IMG/VR virus record: IMGVR_UViG_3300043447_000395
Coordinates: 40,090 to 104,089 of that record
Length of the DNA: 64,000 bases
Reading direction: 5' to 3' (one strand)
Source of the DNA: a virus
Taxonomy: Duplodnaviria; Caudoviricetes
Below the pieces are notes generated by a model. That model did not search any database. It had not been told where the DNA came from and saw only the letters and a list, made by a program, of their open reading frames with translations. The translations under genes were made by a program, and so were the position numbers. Every line of letters begins with the position of its first letter. The stretch's first letter is position 1. Below are positions 10,326-20,457 of the stretch, one piece after another.

Positions 10326-11774
10326 TTAGTTATTATTATTTTCTTTATCCGATATATATTCACCCGCCTCATAGTTAGTTATACTACCATCGTAAATTCC
10401 TCTATCAGGTATGGTATTATCTATCTCAATAGCATCGAACCATTCTTTTAATTCAGGGAAAGTTTCGCCAAAGTTTTTATTTCTACGAATATCATATTGA
10501 GTGTAAAAACTTTTGAAATCGTGGAATTGTAAATCCTTTTCTAATTCTGTGGCGTTATGACCTCTATTTACTACCTCGATATAATCAATCAACCTTTCAA
10601 TTTGTGATTTTTCATTAATACTGAACAAATCACTATCCTTATTTTCGTTGTACCAATTTTGTAACTTATTACGTAGAGTTAATTTAATTTCATCAGGTAA
10701 CATTAATGGTGACATGAAAGACGGCCATCTTAAGATATTTAAATCCATATTAGGTCTATGTGCTCCATATTTCTTTTTTAATGTTTTCATATCCTCAAAG
10801 AATTCAACGATACTAAACAAACAAAGACTATTAATCGTCATCATAATGGTCAGCGCTCTGAAATTGGCGTTTTCTAAGAATGTAACTAAGTTAGCTCTCC
10901 ACGTTTTATATTTCAAACCATCTCTAATGTATTCTGCGTGGTCACCATATGATTCATTACTTGTATATAAATCGAATTCTTTGATTTTTAATTCGTGAGT
11001 CGCATCAATTAATTTATCTAATAATTTCTTACTTAAACCTAAATTAGAGTTAACTGCCAATCTTAAATTATTAGATGGATATTGTTTCATTGTTTCAATA
11101 AAACTCCAGAAATTATAACTTTGTGATGGTTCTCCACCTGTTACTCTAACCTCTTGTAATGTTTGTGATAATTCAGGCCACCACTCTAAGAATGCCTTTA
11201 CGTATGGATTGTTCTCACCATTCTTACCATATATTTCAGACCAAGAACCATCGCTTTGATATGCACCTGCACTACTTGTTTTAAACTTCTGATATGCTCC
11301 GTTAGTTTTAATATCTTTACCCCATGTTGTACTATAACCAGCATTACAATAACTACATCCAAAGTTACACGTTCTATCGAAACTCACCTCAACAGTTTTT
11401 AACAACACATCTTGATCCCACGGGATATTTTTCAATGCAGAAATCTCTTCTTCCGTGTAAATTAAACTTTTAAACACTCTATCTGCAATGTTATTTCTAC
11501 CGATGTCTTCCACTTTCCAACAGTACGAACACTCTGCGGGTCTAATACCCGTCAACATCATACGACGCATTTCCTTCTTATGTTTTGTATTGTGAAGTGC
11601 GGATGGGTTAGTTTTAATTTCTTCTAAATCGATTGGGTGAGGTAATGGTAAGTGACATGAATTTGTATAACCATGACCTAAATGTAAACTTGCGTTGTAC
11701 CATTTAGCAGCACAAAAACTGCAACTCACTGAGTTCAAATGTTTATCTCTCCAATCTGCTAATTCGTTTGACAT
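10326..11774 (-). CDS. Radical SAM protein with N-terminal twitch-like cysteine domain
   Basis: FCAAKW..SCH..ECSYCW, then CNFGCSYC, TGGEP. Confidence 0.88.
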   Translation of the reverse strand: MSNELADWRDKHLNSVSCSFCAAKWYNASLHLGHGYTNSCHLPLPHPIDLEEIKTNPSALHNTKHKKEMRRMMLTGIRPAECSYCWKVEDIGRNNIADRVFKSLIYTEEEISALKNIPWDQDVLLKTVEVSFDRTCNFGCSYCNAGYSTTWGKDIKTNGAYQKFKTSSAGAYQSDGSWSEIYGKNGENNPYVKAFLEWWPELSQTLQEVRVTGGEPSQSYNFWSFIETMKQYPSNNLRLAVNSNLGLSKKLLDKLIDATHELKIKEFDLYTSNESYGDHAEYIRDGLKYKTWRANLVTFLENANFRALTIMMTINSLCLFSIVEFFEDMKTLKKKYGAHRPNMDLNILRWPSFMSPLMLPDEIKLTLRNKLQNWYNENKDSDLFSINEKSQIERLIDYIEVVNRGHNATELEKDLQFHDFKSFYTQYDIRRNKNFGETFPELKEWFDAIEIDNTIPDRGIYDGSITNYEAGEYISDKENNNN

Positions 11775-11792
11775 ATTTCTAATTTTTATATT

Positions 11793-13139
11793 TTATATTA
11801 TTTTCGCTGGTCTTGCAAGTTTATTAAACTCATCACTTTTACTAATCTTATCTTCTTGAGTTTCGTAGATTTCGGCGTGATTACCGTTACCCGATTTATC
11901 GAAAACTTTAAAACTTGTTTTCTTTTTAAAATCGTACCACAAATAAAGATTCTCATCATCTTCAACACTACTATGGTAGACTTTCACATCCAATACATCA
12001 CCATAAAACCAACGATGATTATCATTGATACAATGTGGATTACCCGCACCAATAAAAATGTAACTATCAGAATAGTCGTATAGTTTGTATGTTATTTTCT
12101 TCTTCTTATATAATACGTTATTTACAAACATAGAGAAATTTTTACCTTTCTTTATGACTTTTACTGTTATTGGTGTTGTTAAATCATATTGGTCATGTAC
12201 AAAAATTTCATTTTGAAAAACTTCACCGTTATCATTTATCTCACGCCATGTCCATTTTAAAAAATCTTGTCCGTCATAATTGAATATAAAAATACCCATT
12301 GAACCTTCTCTTGAAATCACACATGAATCTAAACCTTCTGAACTATTAGGTGCCATCGTGAATGTAGTTTCAAAAATGAAATCTTTTTTTAATAGTTCAT
12401 AACTTTTGGTGTTAGTTTTACTATTAGTAAACCTATCAACTATGTATGCAACTTTTTCAGTGTTTGGTTCCGTCTTTCTTTTAACCTTAACTTCTTTTAC
12501 TACTACGGTAGGTTTGGTTTCGTTTTTAAAAATTTCAGCGTCGATTTTGTTACCTGATTTATCAAATATTTTAGTCGCACTACTGTTTTTAAAATCAAAC
12601 CACAAATACAATGTGTTAATGTTTTCATCACAACTATCGTATATTTTAATATCATGAATTTCACCATTAAACCAACCATAGTGCCCTTCTGGATTGTTAG
12701 GATTTGAAACACCGATAAACATAGACTTGTCAGAATAATCAAACAAATCAAATTTTATATGTTTAGTTTCATAGAATTCATTGTTCACATACAAATTGAA
12801 TGACTTATCTTTTTTAATGACTTTTACATTTGTAGATTCAAATAAATCATATTTTTTATGTACAAAAATTTCGTTATAGATGTGATTCTTTTCATTATCA
12901 ACTTCCCACCACACCCATTTGATGAAATTCTCATCATTAAAATTATAAAGGTATATACCCATATTATACCCTTCTCTTGATATAATACAACTTTCTCCTT
13001 CATTTGGTTTGTTTGCAACTAAATTAAATGTTGATTCAAATATAAAGTCGTCGGTAGTTATCAAGTCGTAACTATCGTTATTTGAATCGTTTTCCATTAC
13101 ACGATTTATTATGTATGCCTTTTTGTTTTTGAATATCAT
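11793..13139 (-). CDS. Tandem two-domain LamG/concanavalin-like protein
   Basis: Two ~200-aa repeats (SCIISREG, LYVNN, FIG..NP, WF.G.I.D.K.Y, FDKSGN). Likely start is ATG 13139, overlapping the upstream stop (ATGA). Confidence 0.65.
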   Translation of the reverse strand: MIFKNKKAYIINRVMENDSNNDSYDLITTDDFIFESTFNLVANKPNEGESCIISREGYNMGIYLYNFNDENFIKWVWWEVDNEKNHIYNEIFVHKKYDLFESTNVKVIKKDKSFNLYVNNEFYETKHIKFDLFDYSDKSMFIGVSNPNNPEGHYGWFNGEIHDIKIYDSCDENINTLYLWFDFKNSSATKIFDKSGNKIDAEIFKNETKPTVVVKEVKVKRKTEPNTEKVAYIVDRFTNSKTNTKSYELLKKDFIFETTFTMAPNSSEGLDSCVISREGSMGIFIFNYDGQDFLKWTWREINDNGEVFQNEIFVHDQYDLTTPITVKVIKKGKNFSMFVNNVLYKKKKITYKLYDYSDSYIFIGAGNPHCINDNHRWFYGDVLDVKVYHSSVEDDENLYLWYDFKKKTSFKVFDKSGNGNHAEIYETQEDKISKSDEFNKLARPAKII

Positions 13140-14527
13140 AGTTCTCCACATTTATGGTAAAATTCCTCCAATTCAGGAAAAGTTTTACAGAAGTTGGTAT
13201 TTCTTCTAATGTCATGTTCGGTAATAAACTTATAAAAATCTTTCCGATTTGTATTAATCATTTTATTACCTTCTGACGAAGTAAACCAATCTTTTATTCT
13301 TAAAATTTTATTTATTTCTATATCAGTAAATCCGTGACCATCCACAACACCAGTTCTTACTTGTTCATAAAAATCAACCAGTTTTGCTTGTTCATCAATC
13401 GCGGTGACCCAACTTTCATCTAATATTTTAACTGTTTGGTGTTCAGGAAATCTTAAGTATGAGGAATCTAATAATAATGATGACCCCCAATATCTCGATG
13501 GATTATGGTGTCTTCTCTTTAATTCTGCAACATCCTCAATTAGATATTTGTAATTCGGAACTGACAACGCATTGTACGTTGACATAATATCAATTGTAAG
13601 TGGTTTAAATTTATCCAATAAGAAATCTACCCTCTCTTTGAATAACTTATATTCAAAACCATTTCTGATGTATTCCGCTTGGGGTCCCCAAGTGTCACAA
13701 GAAGTGAAGATGATAAATTCATGAACTAATTCTTGGTCTAGTATTATTTCAATTTTCTTAACAAATTCATCAAATAACTTTTTTGGGATACCTAAATTAC
13801 TATTAATACATAAACTCAATTTTTTATTTGGGTTTGGTGTTTTAATAATGTAATCTAATATCTTAAACGTATCTTTATTTAATAACGGTTCTCCTCCTGT
13901 GATTCTAAACGTATGTAGGTCTTGATACATTTCAGGCCACCATTTCCAAAACGCGTCAACATATGGATTTTTTTCTGAAGCCAAATACGGCATCGTATCC
14001 TCCTTCTTAAACCATTCAACGTCGTTATAATTTGTGCTTGTTTTATAGGGTCCGTGAGTATTAATTTCTTCCATCCATTTAGACGAATACTGCGGACCAC
14101 AATACGAACACTTAAAATTACAAGTATTGGAAAAACTTACCTCAACGTATTTTGGATTGTAATTCTTTTTCCAACCAGATTTTAATATATCTTCAAAGTA
14201 AGGTGCTGACCATGGTTCTGCAGATTTTAAAGTTCTATCAGAAAATGCATATGATGCATTTTCAATATTCCAACAATAATCACACTCCTCAGGTCTTTTA
14301 TCCTCCAACATTTCTTTACGAATCTGTTTCTTAAAATTCGTATTATGTAATGCTGTTGGGTTGGTTAATATTTCATCTAACGGGATTTTATGTGGTTTAG
14401 GGTGGTGACAAGAATGGGTTGTTCCATTGTGTAAGTGCATGGTAACTTGAGTCCATTTTGCCAAACAGAACCCACATCCCACCATGTTTATCTTATCTCG
14501 TGTGTTATGAAATACGTCGTTTAACAT
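13136..14527 (-). CDS. Radical SAM protein with N-terminal twitch-like cysteine domain
   Basis: CGFCLAKW..SCHHP..ECDYCW, CNFKCSYC, ITGGEPLL. Confidence 0.88.
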   Translation of the reverse strand: MLNDVFHNTRDKINMVGCGFCLAKWTQVTMHLHNGTTHSCHHPKPHKIPLDEILTNPTALHNTNFKKQIRKEMLEDKRPEECDYCWNIENASYAFSDRTLKSAEPWSAPYFEDILKSGWKKNYNPKYVEVSFSNTCNFKCSYCGPQYSSKWMEEINTHGPYKTSTNYNDVEWFKKEDTMPYLASEKNPYVDAFWKWWPEMYQDLHTFRITGGEPLLNKDTFKILDYIIKTPNPNKKLSLCINSNLGIPKKLFDEFVKKIEIILDQELVHEFIIFTSCDTWGPQAEYIRNGFEYKLFKERVDFLLDKFKPLTIDIMSTYNALSVPNYKYLIEDVAELKRRHHNPSRYWGSSLLLDSSYLRFPEHQTVKILDESWVTAIDEQAKLVDFYEQVRTGVVDGHGFTDIEINKILRIKDWFTSSEGNKMINTNRKDFYKFITEHDIRRNTNFCKTFPELEEFYHKCGEL

Positions 14528-15120
14528 TCTAATATTTTATGGTGTAAGAAATTTAAATTTCCTGTTTTATCAATTGATTTATTAAAAATAATATCGTCAC
14601 AAGTGTGATGTGCTAATAATTTCGATTTCTCGTAAACTTTAAATTCATGTAAATAAAGTTCGGTACTGTTTGAGGTGTCGTCAACATGTGAATAACTATT
14701 TGCGCCAAAAACTATACATGGATTTGATTCAATGAATAGACCTAATTTTTCCAAACTTAAATCTAATTGTACTTCATCATTAATGTAGATTGTTAAAGAT
14801 TTTTTAGGAACATGAATCATCTTTAAATCAATTTCAACACCATCATGTATACTAAATGGAAATTGATAAAACTGTGACGATTCATCTTCATATCTTACCG
14901 TGAAGAACAACATATTTTTATGCACATCCAAACCACAATACTTTGGTAATATGGTAAATATGGTTGCGTTTTTATCTAAAGTATCTAATAACGTGAGTTT
15001 CATTTCTATTTTGAAATTGTACTCACCACTTAAAACCTTAGTTGCGGGATTTTCAGGAAAAGTATCACATAAAACCGATGGATAAAATATCCAAGGGCTA
15101 TATTTTTTTATATGTATCAT
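14521..15120 (-). CDS. LamG/concanavalin-like protein
   Basis: Beta-rich; IYIND, IVFGA, EFKVY, IDKTGN match the neighbouring LamG repeats. Confidence 0.5.
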   Translation of the reverse strand: MIHIKKYSPWIFYPSVLCDTFPENPATKVLSGEYNFKIEMKLTLLDTLDKNATIFTILPKYCGLDVHKNMLFFTVRYEDESSQFYQFPFSIHDGVEIDLKMIHVPKKSLTIYINDEVQLDLSLEKLGLFIESNPCIVFGANSYSHVDDTSNSTELYLHEFKVYEKSKLLAHHTCDDIIFNKSIDKTGNLNFLHHKILEC

Positions 15121-16492
15121 AAAATTTCTTTAATTCAGGAAACGTTTTAACAAAATTGGTGTCCCTTCTTTTATCTAACTCATCGACAAATTTCACAAAG
15201 TCTTTTCTATTTTTCTCAACATCAAAATCATCTTCGTGAATTGCATAATCGTACAATCTCTTTATTTTCTGAATTTCGGTGTTTGAGAATCCGTATGATC
15301 CTTGAACAAATTCGGTCATACCATAATATAACGCTTTTTTCGCAGATTCCAAAATCAACTCCTTATGTTTCTTATCTAAAATTTTAACCGATAGATGAGA
15401 AGGATATCTCAAATATGCGGTGTCTAGTTGAATCGCCGAAATCCAATATCTCTGACTATTCGCATATTTCTTTTTCGCTTTGAATACTCTTTCTATTAAG
15501 TCACTATATGTGAAAACTGAAAGTGCGTTATATGTTGACATGATGTTAATCGTAACTTTAGGTAATAACGTTAGAATTTTCTCTACGTTACTCCAAAATT
15601 TTTCATAATCCAAACCATTCCTTGTATACTCAGCTTGTTTACCTACCGCCTCAACCGATGTAAAGATAATTAATTCTCTAACTTTATTATTATCGGATAG
15701 GTCTTTAGCAATTTCAATAAACCTGTCAATAATTGAATCAGGTGACCCTAAATTTGTATTAATAGCTAATGATATGTTAGGGTTAATGTCAGAATGCTCT
15801 TGGATGTATTCTAAGACCTTAAATGTGTCCTTTGCTAATAACGGTTCTCCACCAGTAATTCGGAACGTGTGTAGGTCTTTAAAGAGGTCAGGCCACCATT
15901 CCCAAAACGCATCAACATATGGATTGTGTTCTGATTGTTTATACGGCATTTCATTCTTAGCTCTTAAATCGTCAACACTATTGTATCGATAACTTAAATC
16001 ATAGTGTCCGTGTTTCTCAACTTCCTCCACCCACTTTGAGGAGTACTGCGGTCCACAATATGCACATTTAAAATTACACGTATTTGAAAATGAAACCTCA
16101 ACATATCGTGGGTTGTAATCTTCTCTCCAATTAGATTTAGATATTGTGTCGAATTGGTTTAATGACCATGGTTCTGTTGATTTAAAAACCCTATCAGAAA
16201 AAGAATTCGAACTATCCTCAATATTCCAACAGTAATTACATTCAGAAGGTCTTTTACCTTCTAACATTTGTTTTCTTTTGTCTTTTTTGAATGTTGTATT
16301 GTGAAGTGCAGATGGGTTTCTCTTTAATTCGCTTAATGGAATTTTGTGTTGAACTGGATGGTGACACGAATGTGTTAAACCTGCACCCAAATGGATTGTT
16401 ACTTGAGTCCATTTTGCCAAACAGAATCCACATCCTACACTATCTAATTTATCTTTAGTTTTTTGAAACTCTTGTATGTTATTATCTGACAT
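15098..16492 (-). CDS. Radical SAM protein with N-terminal twitch-like cysteine domain
   Basis: CGFCLAKW..SCHHP..ECNYCW, CNFKCAYC, ITGGEPLL. Confidence 0.88.
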   Translation of the reverse strand: MSDNNIQEFQKTKDKLDSVGCGFCLAKWTQVTIHLGAGLTHSCHHPVQHKIPLSELKRNPSALHNTTFKKDKRKQMLEGKRPSECNYCWNIEDSSNSFSDRVFKSTEPWSLNQFDTISKSNWREDYNPRYVEVSFSNTCNFKCAYCGPQYSSKWVEEVEKHGHYDLSYRYNSVDDLRAKNEMPYKQSEHNPYVDAFWEWWPDLFKDLHTFRITGGEPLLAKDTFKVLEYIQEHSDINPNISLAINTNLGSPDSIIDRFIEIAKDLSDNNKVRELIIFTSVEAVGKQAEYTRNGLDYEKFWSNVEKILTLLPKVTINIMSTYNALSVFTYSDLIERVFKAKKKYANSQRYWISAIQLDTAYLRYPSHLSVKILDKKHKELILESAKKALYYGMTEFVQGSYGFSNTEIQKIKRLYDYAIHEDDFDVEKNRKDFVKFVDELDKRRDTNFVKTFPELKKFYDTYKKI

Positions 16493-16501
16493 GTCTTAAT
16501 T

Positions 16502-17908
16502 TTATAAAGTTACGTTAATCATAGTTACGTTACCTTCGTAAGATACACTATTTATTTCGTATTTTAAACTATTCATACCTTCATTTTTATAGTCAATTTT
16601 ACCTTGTTGCATCTTTGTGACAAACCTTTTCTCGTTCTTCGCAGTGGTTTCCCCTTTGACCCACTTACCATCCACAAAACCTTCATCTTTATGTTCCATA
16701 CAAAAGAATCTACCTTCTCTTCTTTGGGGTATTAGGTTTTGGGTTACGTCAAAACTTTCGTTTTCAATTTCCACATCATATCCCCAACCTGATGTTTCAT
16801 TAACGTTATTCATAAAACCGTTTGAAAAATCACAATCAAAAATTAAACCGTCGTTGGTGTTAAATGTGTCTTCGACTTTATCAATAAATTTGTTAAAGAT
16901 TTTAACATGACCAATTTTACCTTTGTAAAATGTAAATGTTTCATTACAGAAACCAATTATAAATGGTTCGGTATAATTATGTTTCATCAATTCTTCACCA
17001 ACAATAAAAGGTTTGTTCTCTTTACTACCACTTCTATTTGTAACTAATTCGTCATTTACATAGAAATACATTTCCTTCGTTTCATTGTTGAATGACATAG
17101 TAATCCAAGTCCATTCATTTTCAAACTTCTTAGCATAGTTGTAATGGTTGTTCTTTTTAATATCAAACATACTCATGTTAACTGAACGTGAGTTATTAAA
17201 CGATAATCCCCAAGTCCAACTACCCTTTTTCCTAATTAATGGGTATTCAACGAATTTTCTTTTCTCATCACCGACTAACCAAATAGGTACTTTACCTGGT
17301 TGTTGTTCCGCATTAAATAAGATTGATATGGTGTGATTGTTGCTTAAACATTCTGTCAATTCTTGATTTGTTGAGAATAGAGAAAACGATTTTTTACCGT
17401 CAAAAACCGCAACCGGTTTATTGTTATATGATTTAAAAATTGAGTTATTTGAATATCCCTCGAAATGGCACCTCCAAAACAAATCATCATCTTCCTGACC
17501 CCAATCCCAATATTCATTAGAGTATCCGTTTGTTCTTTCCATTTGTTCTTTGGTAAACAAAACAACACCTCCAAAGTATTGATCATAACCTAATGTATAT
17601 CCATATTTTGACAATTTGGTTGCAATATGTACAGGATGTTTATCAGGATAAGAATAGTCACACTCTTCAAATGGAACCATATCAACATCATGCCAAGCAA
17701 TGTAGTCACACCCGTCTTCAAATGCATGTTTTGCTGCAATATTTTTCATGGCACCTCTGTTGAATAGTTTATCATCAACTTGATGTGCAACATAAAATTG
17801 ATGTTCTATTCCTTGTTTATTTAAGTGTTCAGTTAGTGCAGGTACTAAAGCATCCAAATGATTCTTCCTGTTTCTATACGGTATACAAATACCTAATTTA
17901 TGACTCAT
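16502..17908 (-). CDS. GT7 beta-1,4-galactosyltransferase-like protein with inserted LamG domain
   Basis: IPYRNR, FNRG, HDVDM (DxD), YFGGV, NGYSN.YW.WGQEDDD, then ~240-aa LamG, then MEH...EGMNSLKY. Confidence 0.85.
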   Translation of the reverse strand: MSHKLGICIPYRNRKNHLDALVPALTEHLNKQGIEHQFYVAHQVDDKLFNRGAMKNIAAKHAFEDGCDYIAWHDVDMVPFEECDYSYPDKHPVHIATKLSKYGYTLGYDQYFGGVVLFTKEQMERTNGYSNEYWDWGQEDDDLFWRCHFEGYSNNSIFKSYNNKPVAVFDGKKSFSLFSTNQELTECLSNNHTISILFNAEQQPGKVPIWLVGDEKRKFVEYPLIRKKGSWTWGLSFNNSRSVNMSMFDIKKNNHYNYAKKFENEWTWITMSFNNETKEMYFYVNDELVTNRSGSKENKPFIVGEELMKHNYTEPFIIGFCNETFTFYKGKIGHVKIFNKFIDKVEDTFNTNDGLIFDCDFSNGFMNNVNETSGWGYDVEIENESFDVTQNLIPQRREGRFFCMEHKDEGFVDGKWVKGETTAKNEKRFVTKMQQGKIDYKNEGMNSLKYEINSVSYEGNVTMINVTL

Positions 17909-19350
17909 ATTCCAACATTTATATGTGTAAAATTTTTGTTTATTATATTGACACCGTATTCAATAAATTGTAATGTTGATAATCCATCATTATACAATAA
18001 ATCATCATTTAGTGAAACTTCATTAAGGAATCTTAATTGATTCCATCTCGTTGCTTGGTCTTTCCATTTATTTTCTACAAAACCATTTTCCATGTGAGGC
18101 ATTAAACTAAACAACGACTTTCTTCTATGTGGTATTTTTACATATAAAATATCATCCATTTTAAAATTAATCATCTCACAGTTCACAATTTCACCATCGT
18201 TATTGTTATTAGTTAAATCAACTAATTTATAATCTTTAATTTTAGATGCATCGTAATATAACTTCAATGAGGATGATGAATTATAATCACCATAATTTTT
18301 TGTTAATTGATTATCAAAATTATTAGAAATTTCAAATACCTCTTTTTCATTTAATGCGGAATTCCAATGTGCAAATAAATCAATATATCCTTTGAAATAT
18401 TTTTCGCCGTTTTCATCTACATATTTTAAAAACTTTCTATTTGGGTCACCTACACCTAAATAAAAGTGTTCTTCGTTTTTGTAGTTATATATGTTTTTAA
18501 AATCAACATCACCGATTTTTAAACCATCTTGGTAAACAGTAATTTTATGTGTGTCGTAATCTATCGTAACACACATATTTGTTTTATAATTAGGTTTGAT
18601 TTTTGAATTCACATATAAGACGTTGTTGTCTTTATCAAATGTACAAAAATTATATCTTGAGAATGAATTGTATGAAATTGCAAAATCATGCCCTGGTATC
18701 GAAAAAACATTATAATTGTCGGTAGAACTTAAATGATTACATATTAATTTCTCCGGATAAAATGAAATGAAGAATGTGTTATTTCCGTTTAAGTCGAAAT
18801 TGTTTTTTCCTTTAACATATGCATTAATTCCATTGAATTTTAACGATTTACTTTTTGGTCTTAAGTTTTTTAATTCCAAAGTGTCTAATTCTAATTCATG
18901 TTTTTTACATCTATAAAGTAAATCAGTATCCTCAAATCCCCATCCCCAATACTTGTTTGAATAACCGTCTATTTTTTTAAAGTCTTCGACCGTAAACATG
19001 GTAACTCCGCCGAAATATTCTTCAAAGGTTTCTTTAGGTTTTTCGTCTCTATCAAAATATTGAAAATCGGTGGCCATGTGTAATGGTTTATCTGAGTAAC
19101 TATAGTCAACCGATATTGGGACCATGTCAACATCATGAAAAACAACGTAATCACATTTCATTTTTTCTGCATAAGTAAATCCAATATTAAGAAGTGAACC
19201 TCTATTGAATTGTTTTGCGTCATCTTGGTCAATAACAAAAACATGATAAGGAATTCCCAAGTTTTCTAAATAAAATTTAAGATTTCTTGAGAATTCCCTA
19301 AGTTGATTTTTTCTATTTCGATAAGGTACTATTATACCTAATTTTTTCAT
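17905..19350 (-). CDS. GT7 beta-1,4-galactosyltransferase-like protein with inserted LamG domain
   Basis: VPYRNR, FNRGSLLN, FHDVDM, YFGGV, YWGWGFEDTD, LamG insert, LMPH...DGLSTLQF. Confidence 0.85.
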   Translation of the reverse strand: MKKLGIIVPYRNRKNQLREFSRNLKFYLENLGIPYHVFVIDQDDAKQFNRGSLLNIGFTYAEKMKCDYVVFHDVDMVPISVDYSYSDKPLHMATDFQYFDRDEKPKETFEEYFGGVTMFTVEDFKKIDGYSNKYWGWGFEDTDLLYRCKKHELELDTLELKNLRPKSKSLKFNGINAYVKGKNNFDLNGNNTFFISFYPEKLICNHLSSTDNYNVFSIPGHDFAISYNSFSRYNFCTFDKDNNVLYVNSKIKPNYKTNMCVTIDYDTHKITVYQDGLKIGDVDFKNIYNYKNEEHFYLGVGDPNRKFLKYVDENGEKYFKGYIDLFAHWNSALNEKEVFEISNNFDNQLTKNYGDYNSSSSLKLYYDASKIKDYKLVDLTNNNNDGEIVNCEMINFKMDDILYVKIPHRRKSLFSLMPHMENGFVENKWKDQATRWNQLRFLNEVSLNDDLLYNDGLSTLQFIEYGVNIINKNFTHINVGI

Positions 19351-19562
19351 TTATCTTCGGTTTTGTCTTTGTACACGTCATCAACAAGATACTTCTTGTA
19401 ATATTCATGTAGATAAAATTGTAATCTTTCGCTCCATTCATTTTTATCAATTTCTTCAAACCAAATGGTTAATGAATCAAGTGAATTACCAATTTTTTCG
19501 AGGGCTTTAATTTTTCTTAATTCTAAATCGAATTGTTGTTTTTCTTTTTCTTCCTTTGTCAT
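19347..19562 (-). CDS. Hypothetical protein
   Basis: 71-aa ORF coupled to both neighbours by 4-nt overlaps. Confidence 0.6.
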   Translation of the reverse strand: MTKEEKEKQQFDLELRKIKALEKIGNSLDSLTIWFEEIDKNEWSERLQFYLHEYYKKYLVDDVYKDKTEDK

Positions 19563-20410
19563 ATAGATTTTATTTTATTTATCAAATAATTCCATTGTCT
19601 ATATCCGTTATATTCGGGATATATTAATCCTTTTTCAAACATGAAATCGGGGTTGTCTAAGTTTATTTTGAATTTTGTTTTAAGTAATGATTTGAACATT
19701 CTTGAATATTCGTCTGAATATGAATAATCTTGTTTGACATTTGCAACTTCTCGTATTCTGTCAATTGCAGTTTTGTCCCATTTAAAATGGTGAACTTGTA
19801 CCGTTTTAGAAGGATGTATTAAAGGATGATTCCATCCTTGCCATCTCCATGTTGTTTGACCATTTATCTTCGCATAATGTTGTCCATTGGTGATTTCAAT
19901 ATAACCTTTAACAACACAAATTTTATTTGGACAAGCTTCACTCATTGGATACCTAAAAAATCCAGCATTTGGGTATTGTTCCCAAATCGATATGTCATTT
20001 TGTAATTCAACGAATTCACCGTTCTCACCAATCCTATCAATAAATCCTCCTCTTACAATATCCCAACCATTTATTTCACATTCTTTGATTAATGTTTTTA
20101 GATTATTTTCGGGATATAAATGAAATTCGTCAATGTCGGCAATAACCCACCAATCATTGGGATGTTTTGATTTAATAAAATTATATAGACCTGTAACCTT
20201 CTCCCAATCAAATACTCTACTTTTAATTGTGTGAGCAATTTTAACATTATTAAAATCCTTAATAATGTCTCTAACTTCATAATTAATCGTTGGATTGACA
20301 TCCGATTCATAAACAATGATGTTTATTTCATCGACATGACTTTTATAATGATTTATAAAATGAGTGAGTAAATTTGAACCGTGACCAATAACTGTTAATA
20401 GACGAATCAT
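19559..20410 (-). CDS. GT-A fold glycosyltransferase (GT2-like)
   Basis: HFINHY, WWVIADIDEF (DxD), VHHFKW. Confidence 0.7.
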   Translation of the reverse strand: MIRLLTVIGHGSNLLTHFINHYKSHVDEINIIVYESDVNPTINYEVRDIIKDFNNVKIAHTIKSRVFDWEKVTGLYNFIKSKHPNDWWVIADIDEFHLYPENNLKTLIKECEINGWDIVRGGFIDRIGENGEFVELQNDISIWEQYPNAGFFRYPMSEACPNKICVVKGYIEITNGQHYAKINGQTTWRWQGWNHPLIHPSKTVQVHHFKWDKTAIDRIREVANVKQDYSYSDEYSRMFKSLLKTKFKINLDNPDFMFEKGLIYPEYNGYRQWNYLINKIKSI

Positions 20411-20457
20411 ACATATAATATAATTAAATTTGTCTAAAAAATCAAATTCTTCTTATA

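Noticed and set aside
10326-16492. Radical SAM trio as a RiPP maturation cluster
   Set aside because: No convincing precursor peptide, RRE/PqqD domain, peptidase or transporter nearby; the context is glycan-related
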